32,000 bases of DNA from Elusimicrobiota bacterium. GTDB lineage: Bacteria > Elusimicrobiota > Elusimicrobia > UBA1565 > UBA9628. The DNA lies in assembly GCA_027371715.1 (NCBI GenBank), contig DAHXMM010000022.1, positions 1-32,000 of the forward strand, in the 5' to 3' direction. The notes under the pieces are model-generated. The model was not told the origin of the DNA. It worked only from the letters and a program-made list of their open reading frames with translations, and did no database searches. The translations under genes were made by a program, and so were the position numbers. How positions within the stretch are numbered: position 1 is the first letter of the stretch; each line of letters starts with the position of its first letter. This document shows, one piece after another, positions 1 to 7,250 of the stretch.

Positions 1-55
1 CAACGATAATTTTTTTCACGCGATCGTTAATGCTGCCGCTTGCTGTCTCAGTCAT
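1..55 (-). CDS. acpP: acyl carrier protein, 5' fragment (gene continues past window start)
   Basis: Minus-strand ATG at 55-53, preceded by a GGGGGA SD-like run about 4 nt upstream. Translation is MTETASGSINDRVKKIIV, which matches the ACP N-terminal helix pattern (xIxxRVKKII). It lies immediately downstream of fabG, as in fab clusters. It is too short and truncated to appear in the ORF track. Confidence 0.7.
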   Translation of the reverse strand, partial: MTETASGSINDRVKKIIV

Positions 56-71
56 GTTTCCCCCTGTTTTT

Positions 72-857
72 TTACATGTACCCGCCGCCGTTCACATTGA
101 GAACGTGGCCGGTAATATACGACGAATCCTCCGACGCCAAAAACAAAACGGCTCTGGCAATTTCAATGGGCTCTCCGATCCGCCCAAGGAGAATGCCGGA
201 TAAAAACTTCTGCTTTTCCGCCTCCGGAACCATGTCGGTCATCCGGGTTTTGACGAACCCCGGAGCGACGGCGTTGCACAGGATATTTCGAGAGGCAAAT
301 TCTTTCGCGCAAGTCTTGGTAAAGGAGATGAGGCCTCCCTTGGAAGCCGCGTAGTTGGCTTGCCCGGCGTTGCCTTCCTCTCCGATCACGGAGGCGATAT
401 TGACGATGCGTCCGTAATGGGCCTTGAGCATCGGGCGAATGGCGGCCTTGGTGAAATTAAAGGGCCCTTTCAAATTGATGTTGAGAACCGTATCCCAATC
501 CGCATCGGACATCCTCATCAGCAAATTATCCCGTGTGACGCCGGCGTTATTAATCAAAATGTCAATTTTGCCAAACTTGGCCACCGTTTCCTTGACCACT
601 TCCTCGCAGGACTCAAATTTAGTCACATCACAAGCCATTCCCAAGGTCGTAAAACCTTGAGAAGAAAGACCCTTGGCCGCGTCCGAAACCTTCAGAGCAT
701 CCACGTCGACCAAAACTACTTTAGCCCCTTCTTTTGAAAAAAGCTCCGCGATCGCAAAGCCTATCCCCTGAGCCGAACCAGTCACAATCGCTACGCGATC
801 TTTAAGTCTCTGATATGTCGCGCTCGAAACTTGATTTGCCGTCATTGTCGTTTCCAT
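72..857 (-). CDS. fabG: 3-oxoacyl-[ACP] reductase (SDR family)
   Basis: Contains TGSAQGIGFAIA (TGxxxGIG cofactor motif), NNAG, and the YAASKGG catalytic Y-x3-K. The C-terminal GHVLNVNGG is typical of FabG. I prefer the ATG at 857 (AAGGGAG SD 6 nt upstream) over the TTG at 863 used in the ORF track. Confidence 0.93.
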   Translation of the reverse strand: METTMTANQVSSATYQRLKDRVAIVTGSAQGIGFAIAELFSKEGAKVVLVDVDALKVSDAAKGLSSQGFTTLGMACDVTKFESCEEVVKETVAKFGKIDILINNAGVTRDNLLMRMSDADWDTVLNINLKGPFNFTKAAIRPMLKAHYGRIVNIASVIGEEGNAGQANYAASKGGLISFTKTCAKEFASRNILCNAVAPGFVKTRMTDMVPEAEKQKFLSGILLGRIGEPIEIARAVLFLASEDSSYITGHVLNVNGGGYM

Positions 858-1027
858 AATCAACTCCCTTAAGGTGATATTGCAAAATTAAAAAAGCCTT
901 TGCAACACTACCGTCCCATTTCCAGAACGCACACTAATGCCTTTTCTAATGAATCATGAGGAAGGCATTGTCCCATCCTCAGGACCTTACAAAGGAGAGG
1001 GACTAAAAATAGATATACTATATTGTC

Positions 1028-1531
1028 ATGAAAAAATACACAATCTTAGTCGGACACGGCGCCGTTCCCAAGGACGCCCCCAGAGCCTTGGTGGAAGAAT
1101 TTAAGCGTTTAGAGCGCGTATCTCCAGGCTCTCCTGAATTTTTGGAAGTTGACCGAAAGCTTCGCGCTTGGCCTAGAACCCCCGCAACCGATCCCTATAA
1201 AATAGGTCTTGAACAAATCTTAGCCGCCCTCCAAAAACAAATGCCCAGCCATACGACGATCGAAGCTTATAATGAATTTTGTTCTCCCAGTCTTGAAGAA
1301 GCGTTGGAATTTGCCGCCCAAGACCAGGCGGAAACCATTACCGTCATCCCGACTATGTTCACCCGCGGAGGCATTCATAGCGAGACGGAAATTCCGGAAA
1401 TTATCCGCAAATTTTCAGAAGACCACCCCCGCATCTCGATCAATTACGTCTGGCCCTTTAATCTCGAAGCCCTCGCCAAGATGTTGGCCGAAGAAATTTC
1501 TCGCGTTGAAAAATCCGCTGTTTCTTCCTAG
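1028..1531 (+). CDS. CbiX/SirB-like chelatase-domain protein
   Basis: N-terminal ILVGHGAVPKD and C-terminal VIPTMFTRGGIHSETEIPEII resemble the CbiX sirohydrochlorin chelatase motifs (GHGS ... LFLxxGxHxxxDIP). Its single-domain size of 167 aa resembles short CbiX forms. Confidence 0.65.
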   Translation: MKKYTILVGHGAVPKDAPRALVEEFKRLERVSPGSPEFLEVDRKLRAWPRTPATDPYKIGLEQILAALQKQMPSHTTIEAYNEFCSPSLEEALEFAAQDQAETITVIPTMFTRGGIHSETEIPEIIRKFSEDHPRISINYVWPFNLEALAKMLAEEISRVEKSAVSS

Positions 1532-1548
1532 GGCTTGCGCTCGCTCAA

Positions 1549-3384
1549 ATGGAGAAGCCGACCCTCCTCTATGATGGAGATTGCTACTTTTGCCGCAGTT
1601 GGGTCAACCGCTGGAGAAAGACATCGGGCCATGCCGTTGAGTTTCGCGCTTATCAAGAAGCCGGACACTTGTTTTCTCATGTTCCCAGCGAAGAACTAAA
1701 AGCCGCCATTCAACTCATTGATTCTCAACACCGATATTCCGGCGCGGAAGCCGTTTTCAAAACCCTCGCCTACGGCGGGCAAAAGGGACCCCTCTTTTTA
1801 TATCAGAAACTCCCGTTTTTTAAAACCCTTAGCGAAACCCTTTACCGCTTTGTCGCCTCCCACCGTAATTTCTTTTCAAAACTCACGCGGCTTTTCTGGG
1901 GAACGCATTTAGAAAAATCAGAATACGCTTTTTCTTCCTGGATTTTTATGCGCCTCTTGGGACTGTCTTATTTGTTCGCTTTTGGGGCGCTCATCTTTCA
2001 ATGGAAAGGTCTGTGGGGACATCAGGGCATACTGCCCGCCCAAATGTATCTTCAAGCGCTCAAATCCCACTTTAGGGAAAAAGCCTATTTCCTCTCGCCC
2101 ACCTTGAGCTGGCTGTTTAAGCCGGACGCATTTTTAGGGTTTATGACCTGGGGCGGAACCTTTTTTTCCTTATTAATAGTGTTGGGAATCGCAGAAGGTC
2201 CTTTGACTTTTCTCTGCTGGCTTTTTTATCTTTCTTTGGTCTCTACTGGACAAGATTTTCTGAGTTTTCAATGGGATATTTTGCTTTTGGAGATCGGACT
2301 CATTAGTTTCTGGATGTTTCCCTGGAGACTTTGGCGCGGGCGTGAAGTCGAAAAACCCAGGCCTGCCGCTCGCATACTTCTTTTCTTTCTCTTATTTAAG
2401 CTTTTCTTTGAATCGGGTCTTGTCAAAATTTTAAGCGGAGACCCAAACTGGCGCAATTTCACGGCCCTTTTTTATCACTTTCAAACACAACCACTGCCGA
2501 CTTGGATCGGCTGGTGGGCAGCTCAGAGCCCCTCTTGGTTACTCAAAATCTCCGCTCTCTCCGCTTTAGCCGTCGAATTGGGCGCGCCTTTTCTCCTTTT
2601 CCTTCCCCGCCGCGCCAAGATGCTGGGCGCCGCCCTCATGATTTTTCTTCAAACCTTGATCGCCTTGACCGGGAATTACGGTTTTTTCAATTTGCTGACG
2701 ATCGCCCTTTGCGTTCTTTGTTTCGACGATTTTTTCTTTCAGGAATTTTTTAGAGGATACTCCTCAAAATTTCATTTGAAGACTGAGACAAAGCCGCTCA
2801 AGCGCCTCAAACGCATCCTCATCTTTTCTTTTGCCGGCCTTTGGGGCCTTCTCTCTTTATCCCAACTGCTGGCCATGCTCATTCCCCAAACTACTCCCAA
2901 ATTTCTTGAGGATTTAGACGCCACTCTCAGCCCTCTTCATATCGCCAGTTCCTACGGCCCTTTCGCGGTGATGACTACTCATCGCTATGAAATCATCATT
3001 CAAGGAAGCGCTGACGGAGTTGATTGGGAAGATTACGATTTTAAGTGGAAACCGCAGGATTTAGAGCGCGCGCCTTCGTTCGTCGAGCCTTATCAACCGC
3101 GGCTCGATTGGCAAATGTGGTTCGCCGCCCTTGAGCCCTATCAAAGACGTTCCTGGTTTACGGCGTTTTTGGTGCGGCTGCTTGAGGGTTCTCCCAACGT
3201 GTTGTCACTTTTGAGAAGTAATCCTTTCGGGCCCAATCCGCCTAAATACGTGCGCGCGCTTATTTATGAATACCATTTTACCTCGTCCGCCGAGCGCCGT
3301 TTAAACGGGCATTGGTGGAAGCGTCAGTTTCAAGGGGCTTATTGCCCTATTCTCGCCCTAAAAGGAGATCAAGATGGCATTTAG
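1549..3384 (+). CDS. fusion protein: N-terminal DCC-family thiol-disulfide oxidoreductase (DUF393-like) plus polytopic lipase maturation factor (LMF1)-like membrane domain
   Basis: YDGDCYFCRSWV near the N-terminus is the DxxCxxC signature of the DCC family. Multiple hydrophobic helices follow. The C-terminal EPYQPRLDWQMWFAAL and GHWWKR motifs are typical of the LMF family. Confidence 0.8.
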   Translation: MEKPTLLYDGDCYFCRSWVNRWRKTSGHAVEFRAYQEAGHLFSHVPSEELKAAIQLIDSQHRYSGAEAVFKTLAYGGQKGPLFLYQKLPFFKTLSETLYRFVASHRNFFSKLTRLFWGTHLEKSEYAFSSWIFMRLLGLSYLFAFGALIFQWKGLWGHQGILPAQMYLQALKSHFREKAYFLSPTLSWLFKPDAFLGFMTWGGTFFSLLIVLGIAEGPLTFLCWLFYLSLVSTGQDFLSFQWDILLLEIGLISFWMFPWRLWRGREVEKPRPAARILLFFLLFKLFFESGLVKILSGDPNWRNFTALFYHFQTQPLPTWIGWWAAQSPSWLLKISALSALAVELGAPFLLFLPRRAKMLGAALMIFLQTLIALTGNYGFFNLLTIALCVLCFDDFFFQEFFRGYSSKFHLKTETKPLKRLKRILIFSFAGLWGLLSLSQLLAMLIPQTTPKFLEDLDATLSPLHIASSYGPFAVMTTHRYEIIIQGSADGVDWEDYDFKWKPQDLERAPSFVEPYQPRLDWQMWFAALEPYQRRSWFTAFLVRLLEGSPNVLSLLRSNPFGPNPPKYVRALIYEYHFTSSAERRLNGHWWKRQFQGAYCPILALKGDQDGI

Positions 3385-4156
3385 AAAAATTCTAATAACC
3401 GGAGCTTCTTCCGGAATCGGCCAAGCCATGGCCGTTCTTCTCGCGAAAGAAAAACATCACATCGCCATCACCGGGCGGAGAGAAAAAGCCCTGCAAGAAA
3501 CGGCCGCTCAAATTGAAAGAGAAGGCGGAAAAGCGCTGGTTCTGGTTGGAGACACCACCGATCCCGAAACCGTCGCCCGTCACTACGGCGAAATTAAAAA
3601 CCAGTGGGGCGGGCTTGATTGGGTGATTCTCAACGCCGGAATCAGCCTTAGAAACCCAGGGCCGGAATTTTCCGCCGCCCTCTACAAAAAAACTTTTGAG
3701 ACCAATGTTTTGGGCGCCGTCTACTGGATTGAAGCCGTCATTCCTGACATGGTCAAAGCCAAAAACGGAACCATCGCGGGTATCGCGAGTCTGGCGGGTT
3801 TTGTCGGGCTTCCGCGTTCGGGAGCGTACTCTTCCAGTAAATCCGCCTTAATGGTTTTGCTTGAATCCTTACGCGTTGATTTAGCCGCGTCGAACGTTTC
3901 CGTTGTAACTATTTGCCCTGGATTCATCAAAAGCGAGATGACCGATAAAAACGATCCCCGGGACATGGTTTTTATTTTGGACGCCGAAACCGGCGCAAAA
4001 AAAATCATTCAGGCAATCAAAAAGAAAAAACGTCTGTTTTATTTTCCCTGGCCGCTGGCCATTCCAATGACATGGATTTTGCCCAATCTCCCCCGAGGCG
4101 TTTATGATTTCATCGCCCGCCGCATGCTCAAAAGGCGCCTTAAAAAAAACGAGTGA
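3374..4156 (+). CDS. short-chain dehydrogenase/reductase (SDR) family oxidoreductase
   Basis: Contains ITGASSGIGQA (TGxxxGxG), NAG, and the YSSSKSAL catalytic Y-x3-K. An AAGGAG SD lies 5-6 nt upstream of the ATG. The gene overlaps the upstream gene by 11 nt. Confidence 0.9.
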   Translation: MAFRKILITGASSGIGQAMAVLLAKEKHHIAITGRREKALQETAAQIEREGGKALVLVGDTTDPETVARHYGEIKNQWGGLDWVILNAGISLRNPGPEFSAALYKKTFETNVLGAVYWIEAVIPDMVKAKNGTIAGIASLAGFVGLPRSGAYSSSKSALMVLLESLRVDLAASNVSVVTICPGFIKSEMTDKNDPRDMVFILDAETGAKKIIQAIKKKKRLFYFPWPLAIPMTWILPNLPRGVYDFIARRMLKRRLKKNE

Positions 4157-4164
4157 GATTTCCC

Positions 4165-4193
4165 TTGCAAATTTTCCGGGGGCCTGCTATAGT
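4165..4193 (+). promoter_or_regulatory. sigma70-like promoter candidate (TTGCAA - 17 nt - TATAGT)
   Basis: TTGCAA at 4165-4170, an exact 17-nt spacer, and TATAGT at 4188-4193. The ATG of the next ORF begins 7 nt after the -10 box (4200), which implies a leaderless or near-leaderless transcript. Confidence 0.45.
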
Positions 4194-4199
4194 TTAGGT

Positions 4200-4538
4200 A
4201 TGCAAAATTGGATGCGCGGGCTCATCGCGCTGATTTTTATCGCGAGCTTTTCTCCCAGGCCGGTCTTCGCCGTCTGCGCCCAGATGCCTTGTTGCGCGGG
4301 ACATGTTGCCCATAAAAAACCTTGCAAAAGCTCCAAGTCCTGTTGCGTCAAAAATCCGCCCGCCTTGGCTCAATTTAACGTCTCCCCTTGGCGCGCCCCT
4401 CAAGCCAACGGGGCTTTCGCCTCAACAATTGCCCTACCGGTTTTTTCCTCCGCTATTTTCTTCCCCATTTATTCCTCGCCCGCCATTGGGCCGCCAGGAG
4501 TTTTTAGGTCTCTCGGCCGCTCCCCGCCTCTCGCCTAA
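4200..4538 (+). CDS. small exported Cys/His-rich protein (putative metal-binding), heads the cus operon
   Basis: I use the internal ATG at 4200 of ORF 4104..4538. The N-terminus is signal-peptide-like (MQNWMRGLIALIFIASFSPRPVFA). It is followed by C-x4-CC-x2-H-x2-H-x3-C-x5-CC (CAQMPCCAGHVAHKKPCKSSKSCC). I recognise no homolog, so coding status rests on position, the promoter and the signal peptide. Confidence 0.5.
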   Translation: MQNWMRGLIALIFIASFSPRPVFAVCAQMPCCAGHVAHKKPCKSSKSCCVKNPPALAQFNVSPWRAPQANGAFASTIALPVFSSAIFFPIYSSPAIGPPGVFRSLGRSPPLA

Positions 4539-4601
4539 GCCGTCCTCTGTTTAATTTCGTCTTTTATTTCATCTGTTGTTTCATTTACTTAAGGAGAAAA
4601 A

Positions 4602-5855
4602 GTGTTTAAAATTTTAATTCTCATCGTTTCAATTGCGCCAGCCTGGGGGAGTGAAAACCCGCATCAAGACTTGGATTCTATCATCGCTGTCGCTGTCAAA
4701 AAAAATCCTGAGATTTTGCGGGCCAAGGAACATTGGAAGACCCTCATGGCTCAAGTTCCCGCCGAGGCCACCTGGAATGAGCCCGTCATTGGCTTTCAGC
4801 GAATGAATTTCCAAGGCGGAGACGCCGGCAACTATTGGTCGGTCGCGCAAGATATCCCTTTTCCGGGAAAACTCTCAAAAAGCGCGGAAATGAAGCGGCA
4901 TGAAGCCCTCATCGCCTATCAAGAATATCGCGCTCAAAAACTCAACGTCATCGCGCAAGTCACTAGGACCTACGCGCGGATATGCTGGCTAAAAGACACC
5001 TCCCAAATTCTTAAAAAAGATTCCGAGATTTTGAACGCCGTTTCCAAGGTCGCGGAGGCCTCCGTCGCCTCCGGCCGCGCTAGAGCCGATGAGGCCCTAT
5101 CCGCTCAGGCCGCTTTTATCAAGGTGAGAAATGCGGCAAAAGAAAGACAAGCGGAAAGCCTGGTCCAAGAGGAAGCCCTCAACGCCCTTCTCGACCAAAC
5201 GCCGGGAAACCGCTGGAGACTTTTACCGCCGCAAGAACCTCAAAGGCTCAACGTTGGCGCGTCGCAACTCGACCAACTCGCCCAAAAAATCAGCCCGGAT
5301 TACATGGAAGCGCTTCATCTCATCTCCCACGCTCAAGCCATGGTGACCCTGGGGAAAATGGGTTTTTTGCCGGATTTTCAGTTCACCGCGACCCAGGAAT
5401 CCGGTCGTCCCGTGCCGGCCATGGAGGAAAGCGCCTACGGGGTCAATCTCGCGATTCCCCTTTGGTTCTGGAAAGAAAATGCCGTTCTTAAATCGGCCGA
5501 GACCCATGCCCGCGAAGCCGTCGCCGCATCGAGAGAGGCCCGAAACGAAATTTTTAGGCAAATCCATTCGGAACTCATTGAGGTCAACCTCCACCAGGAA
5601 TTGGCCCAAAGCGACAAGCAAGAACTTATTCCTCTGGCGAAAGGGGCGTTTAAAATCGCGGAAAAAGGATACGAAGCGGGCCGCACCAGTTTTTCGCAAC
5701 TCTCGCAAGCCGTACGCGCTCTTTTAGACGCGCAGCTCAAATATCCGACCGAAGTTGAACTCTATCAGGAACATTTGGCCAATCTTGAACGCGCGTTGGG
5801 CGGACCGCCGAACCTCAAGGCGTCCGCGATGTCCAAGGAGGACATGAACCCATGA
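4602..5855 (+). CDS. cusC: TolC-family outer membrane efflux protein (CusC/CzcC-like)
   Basis: GTG start with AAGGAG 5 nt upstream and a short signal peptide. There are two OEP-type repeats, including IPLWFWKENAV and KGYEAGRTSFSQLSQAVRALLDAQ. The gene overlaps the adaptor gene by 4 nt. Confidence 0.85.
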   Translation: MFKILILIVSIAPAWGSENPHQDLDSIIAVAVKKNPEILRAKEHWKTLMAQVPAEATWNEPVIGFQRMNFQGGDAGNYWSVAQDIPFPGKLSKSAEMKRHEALIAYQEYRAQKLNVIAQVTRTYARICWLKDTSQILKKDSEILNAVSKVAEASVASGRARADEALSAQAAFIKVRNAAKERQAESLVQEEALNALLDQTPGNRWRLLPPQEPQRLNVGASQLDQLAQKISPDYMEALHLISHAQAMVTLGKMGFLPDFQFTATQESGRPVPAMEESAYGVNLAIPLWFWKENAVLKSAETHAREAVAASREARNEIFRQIHSELIEVNLHQELAQSDKQELIPLAKGAFKIAEKGYEAGRTSFSQLSQAVRALLDAQLKYPTEVELYQEHLANLERALGGPPNLKASAMSKEDMNP

Positions 5856-6958
5856 AATCAAAAATCCCCGCTCTTTTGACCGCTCTTATTTTACTCATCG
5901 GCGTTTCTTTTTTCCTCAAGAAGACGACTCCGCCCCCCGCCCCGCAAGAAGCGGCGAAAAAAATTCTCTATCAATGCCCGATGCACCCTCAAATCATTCG
6001 TTCAAGTCCGGGGCAATGCCCCCTCTGCGGAATGGACCTTCGTCCGATGGAGCAACTTAAAGAAACGGGACCCGTTGTCCCCAACCGAGCGCCTATTGCC
6101 GTCTCGGCGCGAAAAAAACAATTAATCGGGGTCACCTACGGCGAGGTTAAAATTCGCCCTCTCGCTGAAAAAATTGATGCCCCCGGACGCATCGCCTATG
6201 ATCCCAAGCTCTATCAAGCCGTTGAAGAGTACCGCCAGGCCTTTGAAGCCTTAAAATCCGTAAAATACGCGACGTCCGAAGCGGCTTGGGCTCGTTCCAT
6301 GGAAAAGGCGGCGGCCCTCAAACTCAAGCTACTCGGCTTATCCCCCGCCCAAGTTTCACAATGGCTTAAAAATCCGGAATCCGCTCAAAGCCTTCTTTTG
6401 GGAAAACGCGGCGAAGCGGTTTGGGTTTACGCCGATGTTTATGAGTATAATCTTCCGCTCATCCATCCGGGATTACCCCTCGAAATTCGTTCTCAAACCT
6501 TGCCGGGAAAGACTTGGAGCGCAAAAATTATTTCCATCGACCCCGTCATCAATCCCGAAACCAGAACCGCCCGCGTCCGCGCGCGCTTAGACGACGTCTT
6601 GGGGCTTCTCAAGCCTGGAACCTACGTTGACGTGACCATTCAGTCTCCGTTAGGAAACTTGTTGAGCGTTCCGGACGGCGCGGTGTTGGACACTGGAGAA
6701 AACCAATACGTCTTTGTCGCCGGAAAAGACGGAACCTTGACCCCCACGCCGGTCACGCTCGGGAAAAGAGCCCAAGGCTACATGGAAGTTTTGTCTGGTC
6801 TTAAAGCCGGACAAACCGTCGTCACCTCGGCTAATTTTCTCATCGACGCGGAATCCCAATTTCAGTCCGCGATTAAATCTTTCGCCAAACCCGCAAGCGA
6901 CTCAAGCAAGGATTCCTCTTCCGGCGCGATGGGCTCCATGCCCGGGATGAAGATGTGA
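5852..6958 (+). CDS. cusB: RND efflux periplasmic adaptor (CusB-like) with N-terminal heavy-metal-binding domain
   Basis: Starts with an N-terminal TM anchor. YQCPMHPQIIRSSPGQCPLCGMDL (aa 40-63, nt 5969-6040) is the YxCPMHP...CPxCGM heavy-metal-binding motif. The remainder has HlyD/CusB-like beta-barrel segments (ARVRARLDD, GTYVDV, and the C-terminal SANFLIDAES). Confidence 0.88.
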   Translation: MKSKIPALLTALILLIGVSFFLKKTTPPPAPQEAAKKILYQCPMHPQIIRSSPGQCPLCGMDLRPMEQLKETGPVVPNRAPIAVSARKKQLIGVTYGEVKIRPLAEKIDAPGRIAYDPKLYQAVEEYRQAFEALKSVKYATSEAAWARSMEKAAALKLKLLGLSPAQVSQWLKNPESAQSLLLGKRGEAVWVYADVYEYNLPLIHPGLPLEIRSQTLPGKTWSAKIISIDPVINPETRTARVRARLDDVLGLLKPGTYVDVTIQSPLGNLLSVPDGAVLDTGENQYVFVAGKDGTLTPTPVTLGKRAQGYMEVLSGLKAGQTVVTSANFLIDAESQFQSAIKSFAKPASDSSKDSSSGAMGSMPGMKM

Positions 6959-6975
6959 TGAAAAAGGATGAGTCT

Positions 6976-7006
6976 AAAAAAGAAGGCCCCGGTCTCCCGG
7001 GGCCTT
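6976..7006 (-). terminator. rho-independent terminator candidate for the minus strand (downstream of the tRNA-like gene)
   Basis: Perfect 10-bp GC-rich stem: AAGGCCCCGG (6983-6992) and CCGGGGCCTT (6997-7006), with a TCTC loop. On the minus strand it is followed by C then TTTTTT (complement of A6 at 6976-6981). On the plus strand no U tract follows it. Confidence 0.55.
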
Positions 7007-7075
7007 GGATAGTTCAACGCTCGGCGTCTCTCACTTTTTATTATAACGCCGATATCTCGATTGTCAAGGGGTGTC

Positions 7076-7115
7076 GGATATCCCCGCCGCGTCTCTTACG
7101 GCGGCGGGGATGTCC
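7076..7115. repeat. 15-bp inverted repeat (strong hairpin) in the cusB-cusA spacer
   Basis: GGATATCCCCGCCGC (7076-7090) pairs with GCGGCGGGGATGTCC (7101-7115) around a 10-nt loop. The single imperfect position is a G-U wobble if read as plus-strand RNA, but an A-C mismatch as minus-strand RNA. Confidence 0.6.
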
Positions 7116-7122
7116 ATCGAGA

Positions 7123-7194
7123 TTGCGGGAGCGGGACTCGAACCCGCATCGGCCGTTTGAGAGACGCCCGTTCTATCGATTGAACTATCCCACA
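7123..7194 (-). tRNA. tRNA-like gene, candidate tRNA-Glu(CUC), with non-canonical features
   Basis: Hand-folded cloverleaf on the minus strand. Acceptor TGTGGGA/TCCCGCA (one G-U pair). U8 A9. D stem GTTC/GAAC. Anticodon arm GGCGT-CTCTCAA-ACGGC with U33 and anticodon CUC. 4-nt variable loop. T arm GCGGG-TTCGAGT-CCCGC. Discriminator A, no encoded CCA. Atypical points: U1-A72, a G-G mismatch at 28:42, and only one G in the D loop. Confidence 0.6.
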
Positions 7195-7250
7195 GTCTCT
7201 ACCTATCATACGGGCCAAGAGCCGAGAAAGTTCCATCCAGGAGCCGCTTC

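Noticed and set aside
40-737. Plus-strand ORFs 40..354, 360..737 and 424..660.
   Set aside because: They are antisense to fabG, whose SDR motifs are unambiguous. They are shadow ORFs.
864-1027. Possible regulatory elements in the fabG/cbiX-like divergent region: two TTGCAA hexamers (879-904) and an 8-bp inverted repeat AATGCCTT/AAGGCATT (936-969).
   Set aside because: I could not pair the hexamers with convincing -10 boxes at proper spacing on either strand. The inverted repeat has an 18-nt loop and no U tract. This is too weak to call a promoter, operator or terminator.
4104-4199. N-terminal extension of the Cys-rich ORF back to ATG 4104.
   Set aside because: The extension overlaps the 3' end of the SDR gene and the promoter-like TTGCAA/TATAGT elements. 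It would also bury the signal-peptide-like segment internally. ATG 4200 is the better start.
5223-5740. Minus-strand ORFs of 161 and 101 aa inside cusC.
   Set aside because: They are antisense to a gene with clear TolC-family repeats and operon context. They have no motifs or SD.
6983-7006. The 10-bp GC hairpin as a plus-strand terminator ending the cusCB transcript.
   Set aside because: No U tract follows it on the plus strand. The T6 run is on the minus strand, so I assigned it as the terminator of the antisense tRNA-like gene. A bidirectional pausing role cannot be excluded.
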